DNA of 64,000 bases from Candidatus Uhrbacteria bacterium (lineage in GTDB: Bacteria > Patescibacteriota > Patescibacteriia > UBA9934 > GWF2-40-263): assembly GCA_016844925.1 (NCBI GenBank), contig JAERTI010000018.1:1221-65220 (forward strand), written 5' to 3'. The notes below the pieces were generated by a model. The model ran no database searches. It saw only the letters and a program-made list of their open reading frames with translations, and was not told where the DNA came from. The number at the start of each line of letters is the position of its first letter. Within the stretch, counting starts at the first letter, position 1. Below are positions 59,101 to 64,000 of the stretch, one piece after another. The translations under genes and the position numbers were made by a program.

Positions 59101-62100
59101 GGTTGATCTGACCACTTGTGTCCACATCAAATGTTGTTGCATTCAAGTCAACAGTTTGTCCTGTTCCATCAATCAACGTTGTACCACTGGTAGATGTCAA
59201 TGTAAGTCCATTTGTACCAGATAGAGACAAGGTGTCTGTGGAAGAGAAGTTGGAAGCTGTTGCAGCGTCGAGAGAGATACCAGCAATCGCTGAGTCAATT
59301 GTGACGGCTGTTGAAGCATCGAGGTCGAGTGCTGCGTCTGCGGCGTTCAAGGTAAGAGCACCAGCAGATGTTGTGAAGTTTGAAGCTCCTGCAGCATCCA
59401 GGGAGATTCCAGCGGAAGCGTCCCAAGTACCTGCTGCAGAGTTGATGTCGACCGCACCGGTTGTGGTTACGTCGATCTCAGCAGCGTTTCCAGCAATGTT
59501 TACTCCACCGTTACCGTCGATCGTAAGTGCTCCGGATGAAGTAGTGAAGTTTGAAGCCTCAGCGGAGTCGAGGGAAATGGTTCCCGTTGCATCCAATGTG
59601 AGGTCATCATCTGTTGAGACAGTGAAGTCACCTGCGGTGGCCCCTCGTGCCGTGAAGGCGAAGGCTCCAGCGGAAGTGTCGAATGTACCGCTTGTTACGT
59701 CGAGATCAAGCGTACCTGCATCCATGTTCAGTGTGTTTCCGGTAGTGTCGATCGTCAGCTCACCACCCGTTGAATCAACGGTTACTCCGCCTGCACCCGT
59801 AAGGGTCAAGACGCCAGATGAAGTGGTGAAGTTTGAAGCTCCTGCTGCATCGAGAGAGATTCCTGCGGTAGCAGCATCAAGCGTGAGAGACGTTGATGAA
59901 TCTAGATCAAGAGCACCATCTGCAGCGTTCAAGACCAAGTTTCCAGCAGATGTTGTGAAGTTTGAAGCTCCTGCTGCGTCGAGGGAGATTCCAGCGGAAG
60001 CGTCCCATGTACCAGCAGCGGTATTCATGTCGAGTGCACCAGTTGTAGTGATGTCCACCTCAGCAGCGTTACCAGCAATGTTTACTCCACCTGCACCGTC
60101 GAGCGTGAGAGCTCCTGCGGCTGTGGTGAAGTTAGAAGCGGTAGCACCGTCGATGGAGATACCTGCGACAGCTGAGTCAATCGTTACGTCTGTTGAAGCG
60201 TCGAGGTCGAGAGCTGCGTCTGTAGCACTCAAGGTGAGCGCACCAACACTTGTTGTGAATCCAGATGCTCCTGCTGCTGTGAGGTTGATTCCTGCGGAAG
60301 CGTCCCAAGTACCAGCGGCGGAGTTTACGTCGACAGCACCAGTTGTAGTGATGTCCACCTCAGCAGCGTTACCAGCAATGTTTACTCCACCTGCACCGTT
60401 GAGCGTGAGAGCTCCTGCGGAGGTGGTGAAGTTTGAAGCGGTAGCGGAGTCGAGTGAGATGGCTCCGACAGAGTCGATAGCAATTCCACCGTTTGAAGCG
60501 TCGATGTCGATACCACCTGCATCAGCTGTTGCATCGAGGACGAGCGCTGTAGCTGCGCCGTTAGATGACTGCAAGGTGATGTTTGAAGCAGACTGAATGT
60601 CAATCGTGCTTGCTGTGTCATCGAAGTCGAATGTCAGAGCACGTGAGTTCTCACCCATCGTAATCTGATTGTCTGTTGTGTTGAGAATCTCAGCGTCGTT
60701 CGTCATTCGGATTTCAGCGAGACTTGCTGTACCTCCAGTGAAATCAAGACCGTAGTCGAAGGTTCCACCGAGCACTGTGAAGGCAGACTCTGTGTCGTCT
60801 CCCGTACCAGCACCCATAGTTACAGCGTAACCGTAGAGGTTCTCATCGTTTGTTGTTGAGTCGACTCCTGTGTAGTCGACATGCATTCCGATGACTCCAC
60901 CACCTGCTGCTGCAAGTGTGGCTGCGTTCAAGTAGTCAACGGAGATCAATGTTCCAGAAGTGTTTGAAGCGTCGATGTCGAGGAATGACGCAGAGGTCAT
61001 GTTTGATCCGTCGAAATCGATAGCGTCAATGTTTGTTGCTGGGGCCAAGTCGATTGAGTCAACAGCGAATACGCCGTTTACTTCGAGGTCACCAGCGACA
61101 CCCAGGTCATTGTCACCGTCAGCAACGGTGTAGGTTCCTGTACCAATATCTGTAAGTGCACCGTCGATCTGTACTTCTGTTGCAGCGTCGAGATCGAGTG
61201 TTGTTGCATTGAGATCAACCGTCTGTCCAGTTCCATCGAGGAGGAGTGTTCCTCCAGTTGAGGTAACCGTTACTCCACCTGCACCTGAGAGCGTGAGAGC
61301 TCCAGCTGCTGTAGTGAAGTTAGAGGCTGTTGCAGCGTCGAGTGAGATTCCAGCGACAGCAGCGTCAATGGTGACATCTGTCGAAGCGTCGAGATCGAGT
61401 GCTGCGTCTGCGGCGTTCAAGGTAAGAGCACCAGCAGATGTTGTGAAGTTTGAAGCTCCTGCAGCATCCAGGGAGATTCCAGCGGAAGCGTCCCATGTAC
61501 CGGCAGCGGTATTCATGTCGAGTGCACCGGTTGTGGTGATGTCTACCTCAGCAGCGTTACCAGCGATGTTTACTCCACCGTTACCGTCGAGAGTCAAAGC
61601 TCCTGCGGAGGTGGTGAAGTTTGAAGCGGCTGCACCATCGATAGAGATACCTGCGACAGCTGAGTCAATCGTTACGTCTGTTGAAGCGTCGAGGTCGAGA
61701 GCTGCGTCTGTAGCGCTCAGTGTGAGAGCACCAACACTTGTTGTGAATCCAGATGCTCCTGCTGCTGTGAGGTTGATTCCTGCGGAAGCGTCCCAAGTAC
61801 CAGCGGCGGAGTTTACGTCGACAGCACCAGTTGTAGTGATATCTACCTCAGCAGCGTTACCAGCTACGTTCACTCCACCTGCACCGTCGAGCGTGAGAGC
61901 TCCTGCGGAAGTGGTGAAGTTTGAAGCGGCTGCACCGTCTACTGATACACCACCGACAACAGAGTCAATGGTTACTGAGCTTGAACCATCGAGGTCCAGA
62001 CTTGCATCCTGTGCGTTCAGTGAAAGGTTGCCAGCGGATGTGTTGAAGTTTGAAGCTCCTGCGGCATCAAGGGAGATTCCAGCGGAAGCGTCCCAAGTAC

Positions 62101-64000
62101 CTGCTGCAGAGTTGATGTCGACCGCACCGGTTGTGGTTACGTCGATCTCAGCAGCGTTTCCAGCAATGTTTACTCCACCGTTACCGTCGAGCGTAAGCGC
62201 TCCTGCGGCTGTGGTGAAGTTGGAAGCTGTTGCAGCGTCGAGTGAAATTCCAGCGACCGCAGAGTCAATGGTGACATCTGTTGAAGCGTCGAGGTCGAGA
62301 GCTGCGTCTGTGGCGTTCAAAGTGAGCGCACCAGATGTTGTTGTGAAGTTTGAAGCTCCTGCGGCATCGATTGAGATACCGGCTGAAGCGTCCCAAGTAC
62401 CAGCACCTGAGTTGATATCGACTGCACCGGTTGTGGTGATGTCAATCTCAGCAGCGTTACCCTGGATGTTTACTCCAGCGGCACCGTCAAAGGTGAGGGC
62501 TCCACCTGAAGTGGTGAAGTTGGAAGCCTCAGCGGAGTCGAGGGAAATGGTTCCCGTTGCGTCCAATGTGAGGTCGTCGTCTGTAGAGACCGTGAAGTCA
62601 CCTGCCGTTGCTCCTCGCAATACGAGGGCCATGGATCCGCTTGCCGTGTCGAAAGTGACGTTGCTTGTCACGTCCACATCAAGGTTGGCTGCGTTGAAGT
62701 CCATGAGACCACCAGCGTTCAAGTCAATCTCACCTGCTCCATCGGAAGCGATAAGGTTGATGGCTGTGGCTGCTGCCTGAGATGATGTCAGGTTTACAGA
62801 ACCTGTTGTATCGAGATCATATCCACCTGTACCAGCATCTACATTGAGTCCGCCAGCTGTTCCAGATGCGTTGAACCAGAGAGATCCAGCTGTGCTCAAG
62901 CCAGAGTTGAGGGTGATACCACCAACGTCGGAAAGCACCTCAATGGAGTCCTGTCCGGTTCCCTGGTCTGCGTGGATGTCGATGCTCTCAGACGTTCCAC
63001 CGTTTGCGTGGAGGTAAATGGCCTGTCCAGCATCCTCTGTTGAGGTCAGGTTAATGGATGAACTTGCTGTGATGTCGATGTCCTCCCCTGCTGCCGCACC
63101 TGAGGCAGTAATGTCGATTCCACCGTCATCAGAGAGAACGTTTACTGAGTCAGCAGAACCTTCTGTTGAAGTGAGGTTCACTGCTGTGTTTGAAAGAAGG
63201 TCTAGATCTTCTCCGGCTGCCGCTCCGGCAACAGTAATGTCGATTCCACCAGCGCTTGTTGTAAGCGTGAGGGCGTCATTTCCTGTACCTGTTGAAATGA
63301 TGTCGAGAGAAGAGTCGAATGCACCTGCCACAGAAATCGTGAGGTCATCACCATTGGCTGTAGAGGTGAGGGTCATGTTGGAATCTGCGCCGATTGCGTC
63401 GATCGAAATGGAACCGCCGTCCGTTGTATCGATCTGAACACCACCTGTACCAGCGTCAATCTGAAGGTCTGTTGTGTCTCCACCGTGTCCAATACTGATG
63501 GAGTCAGCTGCTGTGGTGTCTGTCGCAATTGAGATGGTATCTGTCGCAACACCTGTACCAATGTTGATGGTGCGGTTTGCGTTAAAAGTACCAATGTTCA
63601 ATACACCACCTGAAGTTTGGTTGTTGATGGTGATGTTACCGTTGTCAGATGTCAGGTTGACGTCCTTGTTGGTTCCGTCAGCCGTGATGGAAACGTCTCC
63701 ACCAGCTGTCTGCAAGTCAAGGTCACCAGAATCCTGAACGTTCACCGCGAATCCTGTTGAGTTTCGTGTTGTCAGACTGATGGATCCAGCGTCCGCTGAG
63801 AGAATACCTGTTGTGTTGTTGGTAGCGTCGTAAGCATCAATGGTGATACCTGCGCCGGCTGTGCTATCAGCATCCAAAAGAATGGAGTCAGCGGCAGCTT
63901 CATTACCTACCAAATTCACAGATGCAGCGGAGGCAGTAAACGTGAGGTCACCAGCTGCTGTTGTAAATGTGGAAGCTGTTGCAGCTGTCAGGTCAATTCC
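56123..64000 (-). CDS. giant repetitive fibre/adhesin-like protein (5'-truncated by window, >2620 aa)
   Basis: frame open to 64000 (GIDLTAATASTFT); Ala/Gly/Thr/Asp beta-repeats; C-terminal ADYAE-type chaperone domain and acidic tail. Confidence 0.88.
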   Translation of the reverse strand, partial: GIDLTAATASTFTTAAGDLTFTASAASVNLVGNEAAADSILLDADSTAGAGITIDAYDATNNTTGILSADAGSISLTTRNSTGFAVNVQDSGDLDLQTAGGDVSITADGTNKDVNLTSDNGNITINNQTSGGVLNIGTFNANRTINIGTGVATDTISIATDTTAADSISIGHGGDTTDLQIDAGTGGVQIDTTDGGSISIDAIGADSNMTLTSTANGDDLTISVAGAFDSSLDIISTGTGNDALTLTTSAGGIDITVAGAAAGEDLDLLSNTAVNLTSTEGSADSVNVLSDDGGIDITASGAAAGEDIDITASSSINLTSTEDAGQAIYLHANGGTSESIDIHADQGTGQDSIEVLSDVGGITLNSGLSTAGSLWFNASGTAGGLNVDAGTGGYDLDTTGSVNLTSSQAAATAINLIASDGAGEIDLNAGGLMDFNAANLDVDVTSNVTFDTASGSMALVLRGATAGDFTVSTDDDLTLDATGTISLDSAEASNFTTSGGALTFDGAAGVNIQGNAAEIDITTTGAVDINSGAGTWDASAGISIDAAGASNFTTTSGALTLNATDAALDLDASTDVTIDSAVAGISLDAATASNFTTAAGALTLDGNGGVNIAGNAAEIDVTTTGAVDINSAAGTWDASAGISLDAAGASNFNTSAGNLSLNAQDASLDLDGSSSVTIDSVVGGVSVDGAAASNFTTSAGALTLDGAGGVNVAGNAAEVDITTTGAVDVNSAAGTWDASAGINLTAAGASGFTTSVGALTLSATDAALDLDASTDVTIDSAVAGISIDGAAASNFTTSAGALTLDGNGGVNIAGNAAEVDITTTGALDMNTAAGTWDASAGISLDAAGASNFTTSAGALTLNAADAALDLDASTDVTIDAAVAGISLDAATASNFTTAAGALTLSGAGGVTVTSTGGTLLLDGTGQTVDLNATTLDLDAATEVQIDGALTDIGTGTYTVADGDNDLGVAGDLEVNGVFAVDSIDLAPATNIDAIDFDGSNMTSASFLDIDASNTSGTLISVDYLNAATLAAAGGGVIGMHVDYTGVDSTTNDENLYGYAVTMGAGTGDDTESAFTVLGGTFDYGLDFTGGTASLAEIRMTNDAEILNTTDNQITMGENSRALTFDFDDTASTIDIQSASNITLQSSNGAATALVLDATADAGGIDIDASNGGIAIDSVGAISLDSATASNFTTSAGALTLNGAGGVNIAGNAAEVDITTTGAVDVNSAAGTWDASAGINLTAAGASGFTTSVGALTLSATDAALDLDASTDVTIDSAVAGISIDGATASNFTTAAGALTLDGAGGVNIAGNAAEVDITTTGALDMNTAAGTWDASAGISLDAAGASNFTTSAGNLVLNAADGALDLDSSTSLTLDAATAGISLDAAGASNFTTSSGVLTLTGAGGVTVDSTGGELTIDTTGNTLNMDAGTLDLDVTSGTFDTSAGAFAFTARGATAGDFTVSTDDDLTLDATGTISLDSAEASNFTTSSGALTIDGNGGVNIAGNAAEIDVTTTGAVDINSAAGTWDASAGISLDAAGASNFTTSAGALTLNAADAALDLDASTAVTIDSAIAGISLDAATASNFSSTDTLSLSGTNGLTLTSTSGTTLIDGTGQTVDLNATTFDVDTSGQINLTSVQSSGTAIVLNATSDNAGIDIDASNGGIDLLATNGAISIDAQSASNFSSTNTLTLAGNAGLTLESSGGTIGISGSGQTVDLDAATFDVDTTGQINMTTTSTSGTAIVLNATADNAGIDIDASNGGIAMDSLGAISIDGIGASNLTTNGGSLTLEGAGVTVNSTAGTLLLNASGQTVDIDGTSLDVDTNGQINFTTTQAAANALVLNATADGGGLDIDASNGGIIMDAVGAISLDAAGPSNFTTTSGTLSLTGAAGITATSTGGTLALNGTGQIVDIDANSLDIDVGVTGYDMLSTGPVTIGSSLNNLEALVIEASAGGIDIAATGSSGEDISVSAHTSTLNLTGGEAAVAAINLTASAADAWVGVDAGTVDKTTHGMQIDFDNNSTDAAGLYIDADVGTALGAGEKSAGLKIETDGLGTDNASSLVVGLILDNTTTESAGYDIGILLDTDDHNWDFGVGMMYDATGTEQHITFGAGAPSGTGAHITYLDDAFSDVASTPHQGIKIDADGNGEIVMIETDDGTDTYATIFGPGNIDERTGNEIDGGTTGLVMLIAEADGSGDEDLFAVNKDGDVFAQNTTVAGADYAEYMLDGSGDLRAGELVSVDTSRTNAVVRSSTSAEAGLMGIVSSAPGVLGNSVLKNQAEAFAPIAFIGQVPVRVNNENGAIAVGDYITSSSTAGEGMKANAGDPTVAIALTPLSSGSGIVQGLVSRNNGSNIQGGTSTGDLLSSGTVTESAATVSVVSDAFEGSVTVAEHLYGSRDMAGRARLAAGATEVRVNFENEYQFLPIVTFSVRTDEYIPGRLWVSDEDTTGFTINHSAGSTTAFDIELNWISVGVEEAVITISDGTEEEVEVTVTSDVAAEAGAAVIAEAAAEAAAEEAATEEPAAEETTEETASETPAEEPVVEETVEEVVEEVAEEPAAEETTEETAPETPAEEPVVEETVEEVVEETVVEETVEEVVEEVVAEEPAAEETAPEAAPETPAEEPAV
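56130..56460 (-). repeat. low-complexity acidic repeats (PAEEPVVEETVEEVVEE)
   Basis: GGCTCTTCAGCCGGTGTCTCTG recurs at about 56133, 56280 and 56385. Confidence 0.8.
59260..62620 (-). repeat. two intragenic arrays of ~300-bp (100-aa) repeats
   Basis: near-identical blocks at 60061/60361 and at 61561/61861/62161/62461; about 60160-60375 matches about 61650-61865. Confidence 0.85.

Noticed and set aside
56130-62620. CRISPR array or DGR template/variable repeat
   Set aside because: Repeats are in-frame coding repeats without unique spacers. Differences look mostly synonymous rather than adenine-specific, and no cas or reverse transcriptase gene is present.

Overview
The window looks like a Patescibacteria (CPR) chromosome segment, probably ABY1/Uhrbacteria-like. 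This taxonomy is inferred from gene content: a VirB4-PrgI-VirB6-like cluster, giant Cys-rich and repetitive surface proteins, a degenerate DHH protein and tightly packed genes lacking Shine-Dalgarno (SD) sites. Almost all genes lie on the minus strand. Housekeeping genes are serS, rsmA, tsaC, prfB (with its programmed +1 frameshift), groES/groEL (with a CIRCE element), yidC, nusA, argS, valS, tRNA-Val and tRNA-Leu. The most striking pattern is two gene classes interleaved in the same backbone. Native genes have moderate GC, mostly no SD, and often an extended -10 box only 6-13 nt before ATG. Six GC3-rich genes in five self-contained units (M23 lipoprotein, Ser/Thr kinase plus partner, small lipoprotein, VOC-like protein, MopE/FG-GAP lipoprotein) instead have a TTGAC-N17 promoter, a canonical SD and their own terminator, mostly with structured leaders, and no mobile-element scars. 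These may be host-derived or host-adapted cassettes. Also noted: a frameshifted native kinase and a >2600-aa fibre-like protein with 300-bp repeats and a phage-type chaperone domain.
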